Assembly: GCA_963707985.1 (NCBI GenBank)
Contig: CAVPRW010000014.1
Span: 160,001-224,000 of the forward strand
Length of the DNA: 64,000 bases
Direction: 5' to 3'
DNA from: an uncultured Nitrospinota bacterium
Lineage (GTDB): Bacteria > Tectomicrobia > Entotheonellia > J063 > CAVPRW01
Both the position numbers and the translations under genes were made by a program. Every line of letters starts with the position of its first letter. The stretch's first letter is position 1. Of this stretch, positions 39,370 to 48,684 are shown in pieces. The notes below the pieces were generated by a model. That model made no database searches. It worked only from the letters and a program-made list of their open reading frames with translations, and was not told the origin of the DNA.

Positions 39370-41863
39370 GGGACGAGCACGGCCAGAACGGGGCGTGCGG
39401 CCGCTGTTGACGAAGCTTGGTGTGGTCAACGTATCGAAGTCCGGTGGCATGAGGATCGCTTGGCGCGAGATCGGGATCACCGCGCTACTGGTAGCGACCT
39501 TGACAGTGCTGTTGTTACCGCGTTTGCAGTTGCAAACGCGGACCTTAGCAGTTGGGGATATCGCGCCCGCCGACGTTAAAGCCCATACCGACTTCCTGCT
39601 CGAAGATGAGGTGTCAGCCCAAAAGAAGCGCAATGAGGCTGAAGAGCGGGTGTTGCCACGCTACGATTTTGACCAGCATGCTCTCGAGGCCATTGACCAG
39701 CGTTTGAAATGGGCAATGCAGACCATCGAGTCGGCCTATCAGGGGCGTCCCCCCGAACTTGCAGGGACCCTCCAGGAGGCGCGTTCGGCTCCCCTGACGC
39801 CCGAAGAAGCAGCACGCGGCCAGGCCCTGTCGGGCGTCCAGACGGTGATGAGTCGGGAAGTGGTCACGAGGAGTCCATTTTTCGCAGAGCGCGAGCAAGA
39901 GTTTCGCCGCATTTTGGGTATCGAGTTGGATGCGGCAACGCTGGCGTCGCTTCGTCAGCTGCAGTACACGCCTCGACTGCGTCAGGGTATCATCGATGCC
40001 TTGGCGGCGGTGATGCAGCGGGGTGTCGTCAGCCGTCACGGTCTCTTCGCGGGACATCGGGAGCGGGGGATTGTGTTTCGTGATGTCCGTACAGGGCAGG
40101 AACTCAACATCCCAGACACCAGCATGATCTTAGAGCTGGACGAGGCCGCCGCGGCCTTGACCGCCAACGTGTTAGCCGAAAACTCCCCGTATCCCCTGGA
40201 GCTGCAACCAGTCATTGCTAACATCTCCCGGCGACTGCTGTTGCCAAACCTGACATTCAACCAAGAGGAGACCGAGGCCCGGAAGAAACAGGCGCTGGAG
40301 GCGGTGAAACCTGTGTTCTTCCAAGTCAAGCGTGGCGAAATGATTATCCGCGAAGGCGAACGGGTGCGCGCAGAGCATATTCCCAGACTTCGCGCGTTGG
40401 CCTCGGGTAAACGGAGCGGCGACCCGGTTTCTGCAGTGGTAGGCACGACGATCTTCGTCGCGGTCGTGGTCATTTTTGGGTTGCTCTACTTACGTCAATT
40501 GGGATCGCGTGTGTCGTGGGATTCGCAATCGCTGCTGCTGTTGGCAGTCCTGCTGGCGGGCAATATTTTAGGTGTGCGGGCGTTTATGGTGGTCGCCCAA
40601 GCGCTCGTGGAAAGCTTCCCGGTCATGGAGAGTGGGGTCTTTCTCTACGCGCTGCCCGTGACGGTGGGAGGCATACTCGTAGCCATTTTCTTTGACTTCT
40701 CCGTGGGGGTGTTGTTCGCTCTGATGACCAGTTTGCTGATCGGCATCCTGGTGCGCGACAACCTGGCGATGGCAGTGCTGGCGTTGGTGGGCAATTTGGT
40801 CGCGACTTTCCGTGTGCAGCAATATCGGCAGCGCTCATCTATCCTGGTAACCGGGCTGTTTATCGGCCTGGCGAACATCTTGACGCTGATGGCCTTTGGG
40901 TTGATGAGCGCCAACCTGTTTACCTGGCCGCGGGCCCATGAAGCGTTGTGTGGTCTACTGGGGGGGCTGCTGGCAGCGGTTGTCGTCTCAGCGGTGCTGC
41001 CGCTGTTAGAGTCGATGTTCAAATGCACCACGGACATCAAGCTCCTGGAGTTGGCAAGCTTGAATCATCCGTTGTTACGACAACTCATCATGCAGGCACC
41101 AGGTACCTATCATCACAGCATGTTGGTGGGGACTTTGGCTGAGGCCGCGGCTGAGGCCATTGGGGCCAACGCCCTGCTGGCCCGCGTCGGTAGTTATTAC
41201 CACGACATCGGCAAGATGCTGACCCCTGAATACTTCGTGGAGAATCAGGCGGGACGTGGCAATAAACACGACCGCTTGTCCCCGAGTATGAGTGCCTTGA
41301 TCATTATGGCTCATGTCAAGGACGGTATCAAACTGGCCAAGGAATACAAGCTACCACAGCGCATCATCGACATGATTCCCCAGCACCATGGCACCAATCT
41401 CATCTCCTATTTTTACAATAAAGCGAAGGAGCAGGAAGATCCTGCCGTGCAGCAGATCCACGAAGAAGATTATCGTTATCCAGGCCCTAAGCCGCAGACG
41501 CGTGAGGCGGCCATCGTAATGCTTGCCGACAAAGTCGAAGCGGCATCGCGTGTGCTGACGGAACCGACGTCACAGCGCATCAACGGGCTGGTGCAACGTA
41601 TTACGAGCAGTATCTTCATGGATGGCCAACTCGATGAGTGCGACCTGACGCTGCGCGATTTACAAAGGATCAGCGATGCCTTCGGACGCACCCTGATCGC
41701 CATCTACCATCATCGTGTCGAATATCCATCGGTCGAATCGGAAGAAGTCAAGCGTCGTACGCGAAGCACCAATGGCCATCAGTTGTCGGAACCACCAAAA
41801 GATCATCCCGATCGATACCCGGATGCTCCGAAAGGCGCTGCTGAGGCTGCTCGCGGCTCTTGA
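39353..41863 (+). CDS. 7TM-HD (HDIG) phosphohydrolase, PgpH-like
   Basis: N-terminal TM helix, large extracytoplasmic domain, multiple TM helices, then APGTYHHS, YYHDIGK, HHGT, YPGPKPQTRE, MLAD. Confidence 0.9.
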   Translation: MERERKGRARPERGVRPLLTKLGVVNVSKSGGMRIAWREIGITALLVATLTVLLLPRLQLQTRTLAVGDIAPADVKAHTDFLLEDEVSAQKKRNEAEERVLPRYDFDQHALEAIDQRLKWAMQTIESAYQGRPPELAGTLQEARSAPLTPEEAARGQALSGVQTVMSREVVTRSPFFAEREQEFRRILGIELDAATLASLRQLQYTPRLRQGIIDALAAVMQRGVVSRHGLFAGHRERGIVFRDVRTGQELNIPDTSMILELDEAAAALTANVLAENSPYPLELQPVIANISRRLLLPNLTFNQEETEARKKQALEAVKPVFFQVKRGEMIIREGERVRAEHIPRLRALASGKRSGDPVSAVVGTTIFVAVVVIFGLLYLRQLGSRVSWDSQSLLLLAVLLAGNILGVRAFMVVAQALVESFPVMESGVFLYALPVTVGGILVAIFFDFSVGVLFALMTSLLIGILVRDNLAMAVLALVGNLVATFRVQQYRQRSSILVTGLFIGLANILTLMAFGLMSANLFTWPRAHEALCGLLGGLLAAVVVSAVLPLLESMFKCTTDIKLLELASLNHPLLRQLIMQAPGTYHHSMLVGTLAEAAAEAIGANALLARVGSYYHDIGKMLTPEYFVENQAGRGNKHDRLSPSMSALIIMAHVKDGIKLAKEYKLPQRIIDMIPQHHGTNLISYFYNKAKEQEDPAVQQIHEEDYRYPGPKPQTREAAIVMLADKVEAASRVLTEPTSQRINGLVQRITSSIFMDGQLDECDLTLRDLQRISDAFGRTLIAIYHHRVEYPSVESEEVKRRTRSTNGHQLSEPPKDHPDRYPDAPKGAAEAARGS

Positions 41864-42290
41864 CTGTCAGAGCTGTGATCTGGCTGTGCTCATCATCGAT
41901 GATGCCAGGATGCGCCGGCTGAACGCCCGCTATCGCGGTATCGATCGTCCCACCGATGTGCTGGCCTTTGCGATGCGTGAAGGGCCTTTTGCTGGCCTTC
42001 ACCCAGAGGTGTTGGGGGATGTAGTGCTCTCCGCCGAGACCGCTCTTCGCCAGGCACGTGCCCGTCGCCACTCACTCGCCGCAGAGTTGACGCACCTGCT
42101 CATCCATGGTACGCTGCATTTACTCGGTTACGACCATGAAGTCTCCCCTGCTGACGCGAGGCTAATGCGCGCTAAAGAACGTAAACTGTGGAGGCTGGTC
42201 AAACCTTTGCTGCACCTTCCTCCCAAATGCCAGCCTTCAGGCTCCGATCGCCAATGCCCTTGCCTCATGCGGAGTTCGTCCCCTTGTTAA
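41772..42290 (+). CDS. ybeY: rRNA maturation endoribonuclease YbeY
   Basis: LNARYRGIDRPTDVLAF, LGDVV, HGTLHLLGYDH. Confidence 0.95.
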   Translation: MAISCRNHQKIIPIDTRMLRKALLRLLAALDCQSCDLAVLIIDDARMRRLNARYRGIDRPTDVLAFAMREGPFAGLHPEVLGDVVLSAETALRQARARRHSLAAELTHLLIHGTLHLLGYDHEVSPADARLMRAKERKLWRLVKPLLHLPPKCQPSGSDRQCPCLMRSSSPC

Positions 42291-42433
42291 TGCCCGCGCC
42301 CTAATGTCGGCTCAGTCAGAAGGGGCCGACGCAGACGCCCGGAGCTGTATAGCTTGCTGCCTCGGTCGTGTCTCCTACGAATGACCGTGCCTAAACGTGC
42401 CGGCATGCCCGCTGGCAAGAGGCTGGAGGACCT

Positions 42434-42796
42434 GTGGCGCTCATCGTTTTCGTGCTCGGGGTAATCGCTGGTATGGCGGTGTTGATTTTTGCGTTTGAGA
42501 ACCAGGAACCGGTGGCGCTGCGCTATTTATACACCTGGCAGACACCACCGCTGCCTCTGTTTGCAATCATCATGGTTGCCGTGGGGGCTGGGTTCGTGAT
42601 CGCTAGCTTGTTTGGCCTGGCGGCATACCTCCGCGAGCGCAGGATCATTCGCCAGCAGCGACGCACCATTGCCAACTTAGACGCCGAGTTACACACCCTA
42701 CGCACCCTTCCCCTCGACGTTCCCTCAGAACCCGGGGGTGGCCGGCAAGGCTCCGACACACCTGTCTCGGCCACTGGTGAGCTGCCACGACCGTGA
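42434..42796 (+). CDS. lapA: LPS assembly protein A domain protein
   Basis: Two TM segments around FAFENQEPV, then a coiled coil; overlaps the start of the lapB-like gene. Confidence 0.75.
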   Translation: MALIVFVLGVIAGMAVLIFAFENQEPVALRYLYTWQTPPLPLFAIIMVAVGAGFVIASLFGLAAYLRERRIIRQQRRTIANLDAELHTLRTLPLDVPSEPGGGRQGSDTPVSATGELPRP

Positions 42797-44094
42797 ATCT
42801 CTGGGGGAGTCTGTCGCAGGAACTCGTCACGCTATTGGTCCTCATCCTGGCCGTGGTTTCGCTAGGCTTGGCAATCTTCCTGGTAGCGCGGCCTCGTCGC
42901 CTGCGTCAAATAATGACCTCCCAAGCGTTCGAGCGTGGCTTTGATCTGCTGCTCGATGGGCGCTGGCAGGACGCAGCTGAGCTATTGACAGCGGAGGTTA
43001 CAACCGATCCGAACCGGACTGTGGAATATCTTGAGCTCGGCAAATTGTTTCGGCGACAAGGGCAACCAGGGCGGGCCGCGCGGCTGTTCGAGCACCTCAG
43101 AGCCCGCCCAGAGATCGATCGCCGCACGAACATCATGGCCCAATACGAACTAGCCCTCTCCTATCGTGCGTTAGGGTGGTATGAACCAGCCGTCGCGCTT
43201 CTTGAGCAGTTGCTCATAGCCGAGCCTGTTCCTCCGGACACTCGGCAAGAACTCCGACGCCTGCATGAGGACAGGGGACGCTGGGAGCAAGCAGCGGCAC
43301 TCGAAATGCTGCGCTTGAAGTGGGGTGAAACCCAGGACCGTCGGACGCTGGCAGCGTTGCTAACGCAGCAAGGAAAAGTCGCTTGGGCAGCGGATCGTCT
43401 ACCGGAGAGCGCCGCGCACCTGCGTGCCGCGCTGGCGCTGGACCAGGACTGCACTGAAGCAGCGATCTACCTCGGCCGCGTGCTGCTGCGACAAGGCAAA
43501 TTGTCGCAAGCCTTCCGCCTCTGGGAAGGGCTGGCGGAAGCCAGGCCGGAGTGGCTGTTTCTGGCCTTCCGGGATATGCAGGCGGCCTTTCGACACCGAA
43601 GGAACGAGGCGGGCTGGGAGAGCTTCCTGCGCACCTTTACGAAGCGTCATCCCGGTGATCCCGTGGGCCATCTCGCCCTGGCCGAATGGTATGCTTCGCG
43701 TGGCCAAACACAAGAGGCAATCCACTGCCTGCGCCAGGTCGTAGAGATCGACCCCGCCTGTCGGGAGGCCCATGTAGGCCTATTGTCTCTGTATCGTGAG
43801 CAAGACGTCCCCAACGAGGTGCTTGATAGTTATGAGCGACTTGCCCAACACACCAGCTGGCCCTCTGGTGGCCGCTTCCGTTGCCATAGCTGCGGTCACG
43901 TGGCCTATGAGCTATACTGGCGATGCCCGGCATGTCATGTCTGGGCCACGCCTGAGCGTCTCCTCCCACAGCTCAGCGCGATGCCGCTAGCGGTGGGGAA
44001 AATCACCTCACCACTCAGTCATGCCGATGTCGACGTCCCTGCTCCAATTGTGGTGACGCGTGATATACCCGTTCAATCAAGGTCAGAGCGATGA
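42793..44094 (+). CDS. lapB: LPS assembly protein B-like (TM, TPRs, rubredoxin)
   Basis: N-terminal TM helix, LGKLFRRQG TPRs, C-terminal FRCHSCG...YWRCPACHVW. Confidence 0.82.
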   Translation: MNLWGSLSQELVTLLVLILAVVSLGLAIFLVARPRRLRQIMTSQAFERGFDLLLDGRWQDAAELLTAEVTTDPNRTVEYLELGKLFRRQGQPGRAARLFEHLRARPEIDRRTNIMAQYELALSYRALGWYEPAVALLEQLLIAEPVPPDTRQELRRLHEDRGRWEQAAALEMLRLKWGETQDRRTLAALLTQQGKVAWAADRLPESAAHLRAALALDQDCTEAAIYLGRVLLRQGKLSQAFRLWEGLAEARPEWLFLAFRDMQAAFRHRRNEAGWESFLRTFTKRHPGDPVGHLALAEWYASRGQTQEAIHCLRQVVEIDPACREAHVGLLSLYREQDVPNEVLDSYERLAQHTSWPSGGRFRCHSCGHVAYELYWRCPACHVWATPERLLPQLSAMPLAVGKITSPLSHADVDVPAPIVVTRDIPVQSRSER

Positions 44095-44109
44095 AGTGGA
44101 GCCTCCCAG

Positions 44110-46731
44110 ATGGCCGCTGATTCCCCTATGATGCAGCAGTATCGGCAACTGAAACGGCAATACGCAGACGCCATCCTCCTCTTCAGAATGGGCGATTTCT
44201 ATGAGATGTTCTTCGAGGATGCCTGTGTGGCGGCGCCGATCCTCGAGATCGCCTTGACCGCACGCGATAAGTCACAGCCTCATCCTGTCCCGATGTGTGG
44301 CGTGCCCTACCATGCAGTGGATAGTTATATTGCCCGTCTCCTCAAACGCGGCATGAAAGTCGCGATTTGCGAGCAGCTGGAGGACCCTAAGGCGGCCTCA
44401 GGATTGGTGAAGCGCGACGTGGTTCGGGTAGTGACACCAGGTGCTATCATGCAGCCGACAGCGTTGATCGGCAAAGAAAACAATTTCCTCGCCGGGTTAT
44501 GTGGAGCGCATGAGGAGCTAGGATTGGCATGGGTCGATGTGTCCACGGGCGAGTTCAGGCTCACCGAATTCACCGGTGAACAGGCCAACCGTCGAGTGGC
44601 TGATGAACTGCAGCGGCTATTGCCGCGCGAACTGCTCGTGCCGGCTTCTTGGGGCCCTCAGGCGACGGCCTTGCCCGGCATTGAGGTCCCACCATGGCAG
44701 GTCACACCCCGCGACGACTGGCGCTTTGATGGCGAGCTGGCCTACCAGCGCCTGACACAACACTTCGGCACCCAATCGCTACAAGGGTTTGGATGCGAGG
44801 CAGCGACCTTAGCCGTGACAGCGGCCGGCGTGGTTCTTGAGTATCTCCAGGAGACACAGCGTTCGGCCTTGACCCATATCCAGGGATTGTCGCGCTACTA
44901 TGTCGATGATTTTATGGCCCTGGATGCCACCACCCAGCGTCACCTGGAGTTGGTGCGCAGCGCAGTGGACGCCACGCGGGATGGAACGGTGCTAGAGCTC
45001 CTGGATCAGACGGTGACTGCGATGGGGGGGCGTCTGCTCCGACGCTGGCTCCTCGAGCCTTTGCTGCAGGTGGAGGCTATTCAGCAACGACAGGCCGCAG
45101 TGGCGGCGCTGGTGGAAGGCTGGATGGTACGTGAGGAGGCACGTGAACTGCTGCGAGAGATCGCTGATATCGAGCGCATCGTCGGGCGGGTAAACTTGGG
45201 GCTCGCTTCTCCGCGCGACCTGTGGGCCCTCCGACAATCGCTGCAGTCCCTACCCCGTGTGGTCGAGGTGATCACGGGGCTGCACGCCGATGCTCTGCAG
45301 CCGTATGTGCACGACTGGGAGATGCTGTCAGATGTCTATGAAGTTCTGGCCCATGCCTTGAGCGACGAGGCGGCGCATGCCACGCAGGTAGGCGATGTCT
45401 TTCAGCCTGGCTTCCATGCCGAACTGGACGAACTGCGGCAATTGCGTACCGATAGTCGAGGTTTTCTAGCCGCTCTCGAGGCGAAAGAACGGGAACGGAC
45501 CGGCATCCCAGGGCTACGACTGCACTACAATCGGGTCTTTGGCTATTATATCGAAGTCTCCAAGCGGGCGCTGCACCTGGTCCCCCCCCAGTATGAACGC
45601 CGTCAGACCTTAGTCAATGCCGAACGCTTTATCACGGCAGAGCTAAAAGTGCATGAAGAGCGCATCCTGGGGGCAGAGGAGCGCATCGCCACGTTGGCAC
45701 AGGAACTGTTTCAGGCCTTACAAGGCAAGGTTGCACGGGAAACCCGTCGCCTGCAGGCCATGTCCCGGACTATCGCCGCTGTGGATGTGCTGATGAGCTT
45801 CGCCGTCGTGGCTCAGCGCCACGGCTATACTCATCCAGAGATGGATGCAAGCGAGGTAATCGACATCAAGGCCGGACGCCATCCAATCCTGGAACGGAGT
45901 GGCGACGGGAGGGGATTTATCCCCAACGATACGTACCTCGATCGATCGGAGCAGCGGGTGTTGGTCCTCACTGGGCCAAACATGGCCGGCAAGTCGACCT
46001 ACCTACGTCAGGTGGCGCTGATCGTGTTATTGGCACAAATCGGTAGCTTTGTGCCAGCCGAGCGGGCTCGCATTGGGGTGGTGGACCGCATCTTCACGCG
46101 CATCGGCGCGCAAGATCACCTACAACGTGGCCATAGCACCTTCATGGTGGAGATGCACGAAACCGCCAATATCCTGCACAATGCAACATCGCGCAGCCTG
46201 TTGATCCTGGATGAAATTGGTCGGGGTACCAGTACCTACGATGGGCTCAGCATCGCCTGGGCGGTGATCGAGCATATCACCTGCGCCGTACGGGCTCGCA
46301 CCTTGTGCGCCACGCACTACCACGAGCTGGCCGAATTGGAGGTGCTGCATCCCGGCGTCAAGAACTACCATGTGGCGGTGCGAGAGACGCCTGACGGCAT
46401 CGCATTCCTGCGGGTACTTCTGCCAGGCAGCGTGAACCGTAGCTACGGCATTCAGGTGGCGCGTCTGGCGGGATTACCCGCTGCCGTTGTCGAACGCGCG
46501 AGTCAGGTGCTCGACCAGTTAACGAAGCGGGGTACCCTTCCCCCGCGTGGGAGGCGCCGCGGTAGCGTACACATACTAGCAGGGTCTAGCGCACAGCTGC
46601 CGCTGTTTGAGATGCAGGGCCACTCGATTATCGACCAACTCAGGAGCCTCGATATCACACGAGTGACTCCCATCGAGGCTCTGACCACGCTGCATCGATG
46701 GCAGGAGATGATCAACAACCCTGGGTCCTGA
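44110..46731 (+). CDS. mutS: DNA mismatch repair protein MutS
   Basis: SPMMQQY, GDFYEMF, TGPNMAGKST, STFMVEM, DEIGRGTS, SYGIQVA. Confidence 0.98.
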   Translation: MAADSPMMQQYRQLKRQYADAILLFRMGDFYEMFFEDACVAAPILEIALTARDKSQPHPVPMCGVPYHAVDSYIARLLKRGMKVAICEQLEDPKAASGLVKRDVVRVVTPGAIMQPTALIGKENNFLAGLCGAHEELGLAWVDVSTGEFRLTEFTGEQANRRVADELQRLLPRELLVPASWGPQATALPGIEVPPWQVTPRDDWRFDGELAYQRLTQHFGTQSLQGFGCEAATLAVTAAGVVLEYLQETQRSALTHIQGLSRYYVDDFMALDATTQRHLELVRSAVDATRDGTVLELLDQTVTAMGGRLLRRWLLEPLLQVEAIQQRQAAVAALVEGWMVREEARELLREIADIERIVGRVNLGLASPRDLWALRQSLQSLPRVVEVITGLHADALQPYVHDWEMLSDVYEVLAHALSDEAAHATQVGDVFQPGFHAELDELRQLRTDSRGFLAALEAKERERTGIPGLRLHYNRVFGYYIEVSKRALHLVPPQYERRQTLVNAERFITAELKVHEERILGAEERIATLAQELFQALQGKVARETRRLQAMSRTIAAVDVLMSFAVVAQRHGYTHPEMDASEVIDIKAGRHPILERSGDGRGFIPNDTYLDRSEQRVLVLTGPNMAGKSTYLRQVALIVLLAQIGSFVPAERARIGVVDRIFTRIGAQDHLQRGHSTFMVEMHETANILHNATSRSLLILDEIGRGTSTYDGLSIAWAVIEHITCAVRARTLCATHYHELAELEVLHPGVKNYHVAVRETPDGIAFLRVLLPGSVNRSYGIQVARLAGLPAAVVERASQVLDQLTKRGTLPPRGRRRGSVHILAGSSAQLPLFEMQGHSIIDQLRSLDITRVTPIEALTTLHRWQEMINNPGS

Positions 46732-46800
46732 GCTGCGGGCACGGGCGATACCCTGCCTGCGCCGTAGCACTCACGACTCAGAGCTGGAAAGGAGAGATGT

Positions 46801-47739
46801 ATGAAAGCTCTTGTAACGGGAGGCGCGGGATTCATTGGCTCGCACGTGACCGATCGGCTCATCGACTCCGGGGTAGAAGTGGTGGTGCTGGACGACCTAT
46901 CCTCCGGGAAGCGTGAGTCAATACACCCCAGGGCCCGGCTGTGCGAAGCGGACATCGGCGAGGATGGCATCCGCGCACTCCTGGAACAGGAGCGCTTCGA
47001 TTGCATCGTTCATCATGCGGCCCAGATGAATGTCCGGCGCTCGGTGGATGATCCGATCTTCGACGCCCGTGTGAACATACTCGGCTCATTAAATCTCCTG
47101 CAGGCAGCGGTGGCGACTCGTGTTAAGAAATTTGTCTTCGCCTCGACGGGCGGAGCAATCTATGGTGAGCAACTCACCTTCCCAGCTGATGAAACGCACC
47201 AGACCTTCCCGATGAGTCCCTACGGCATTGCGAAGTTGGCGGTGGAGAAATATCTCGCCTTTTTTGAAGCGGTCCACGGCCTGTCCTATACCGTGTTGCG
47301 CTATGCCAATGTGTATGGTCCACGGCAAGATCCCCATGGAGAAGCCGGTGTGGTGGCGATATTCAGCCAGCACCTGCTCGCCCATGAACCGGTAATGATC
47401 AACGGTGATGGCGAACAAACCCGCGACTTCGTCTATGTCGAAGATGTCGTACGGGCGAATGCGCTGGCGGTGACTACCGATCTGCGCGGCACATATAATG
47501 TCGGCACCGGCATCGAGACCTCGGTGAACGTCCTCTACACCCATGTCGCCAAACACGCTCGCTCCACGCAGGTGCCCGAGCATGGGCCTCCCAAGGCTGG
47601 GGAACAGCAGCGCAGTGTTCTCGACTATCGCAAGCTCCAAGCCGCCACCAACTGGACGCCGACTGTCTTACTGGACGAGGGGTTACAGCGTACGGTTGCC
47701 TTCTTCGCCGAGTCAGGGTTACGACGAAAAACCACTTGA
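46801..47739 (+). CDS. NAD-dependent epimerase/dehydratase (UDP-glucose 4-epimerase-like)
   Basis: GGAGFIGS, YGIAK (YxxxK), RYANVYGPRQ, RDFVYV. Confidence 0.93.
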   Translation: MKALVTGGAGFIGSHVTDRLIDSGVEVVVLDDLSSGKRESIHPRARLCEADIGEDGIRALLEQERFDCIVHHAAQMNVRRSVDDPIFDARVNILGSLNLLQAAVATRVKKFVFASTGGAIYGEQLTFPADETHQTFPMSPYGIAKLAVEKYLAFFEAVHGLSYTVLRYANVYGPRQDPHGEAGVVAIFSQHLLAHEPVMINGDGEQTRDFVYVEDVVRANALAVTTDLRGTYNVGTGIETSVNVLYTHVAKHARSTQVPEHGPPKAGEQQRSVLDYRKLQAATNWTPTVLLDEGLQRTVAFFAESGLRRKTT

Positions 47740-47967
47740 TTTGACATCAGGCATTAGGTATGTTACAGGCCAGCGAATTTGGCTCGCGGGCGCCTCCCGC
47801 GTGATGCTAGCACGGGGGAGGGAGAGGCAAGGGGCGCTATGAGCCCCAGCTCATAGCCTATACAAGCTTTGCCAAGAGGTGAGACGCGGCTACCAAAGGG
47901 AAAGCAGGCGCGTGGCAGTACCTGCCCCAGACCTTCGTCGACCGAGGTTTGGGAGAGCGGAGTCACG

Positions 47968-48684
47968 ATGATCCGAATCCTCCTCCGCTGTTTCAGCGTC
48001 CTCCTTCCCAGTTGGGCGCTGCTTATGTCCCCCGCCTGGGGTCAGCAGCATCGGCCGCTGCTGCATGAGCTGTTGCTGACGCACACCGATTACGAGGTGC
48101 TTCTGCACATCGACTTAGAGGGAGGATTTCGGCAAGAGATCCTGGATGCCATCGAAACTGGGATCCCGATCACGATCACCTATTATATGAAGTTGTATCG
48201 CAAACGGGGTTTGTGGTTCGATGAAGAGGTCCTTTCGAAGACTATCCAACATATGGTGAAATACGATGCTTTGAAGAAACAATACCGCATTAGTGAAATC
48301 AATGGACTGTTCTCCAGCATCAAGGTGACCAAACACGAGCCTACAATGGTGCGCTGGATGAGCGCGATCGAGGGACAGCCGCTGATCCCTTTTCATCTCC
48401 TACAGCCCGGCGAGGAATATTATGTGAAGGCGATGGCTGATTTGAAGGCGGCGAAGTCACCCTTTCCGCTCAGTCACATTCCGTTTCTCGCCAGTCTTTG
48501 GGACACGGGAACGCCCTGGACTGCGTCGAGTCCTTTCACCATCAGCTCCCCCCCTCACAACGCTAGGGATCTGTGGATTGCAAGCAGCCCCACCACTGAG
48601 GAGGTGCGGTGTGTCGAGACGGGTATCATGCCCCCGCTGCCAGGACCTAGCATGCCTGTAAGGATCTCGCATGCGCCATCCTAA
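47968..48684 (+). CDS. Exported DUF4390-like protein
   Basis: Signal peptide, 'AIETGIPITITYYMKLYRKRGLWFDE...VKYDALKKQY'; overlaps the histidine kinase start. Confidence 0.7.
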   Translation: MIRILLRCFSVLLPSWALLMSPAWGQQHRPLLHELLLTHTDYEVLLHIDLEGGFRQEILDAIETGIPITITYYMKLYRKRGLWFDEEVLSKTIQHMVKYDALKKQYRISEINGLFSSIKVTKHEPTMVRWMSAIEGQPLIPFHLLQPGEEYYVKAMADLKAAKSPFPLSHIPFLASLWDTGTPWTASSPFTISSPPHNARDLWIASSPTTEEVRCVETGIMPPLPGPSMPVRISHAPS

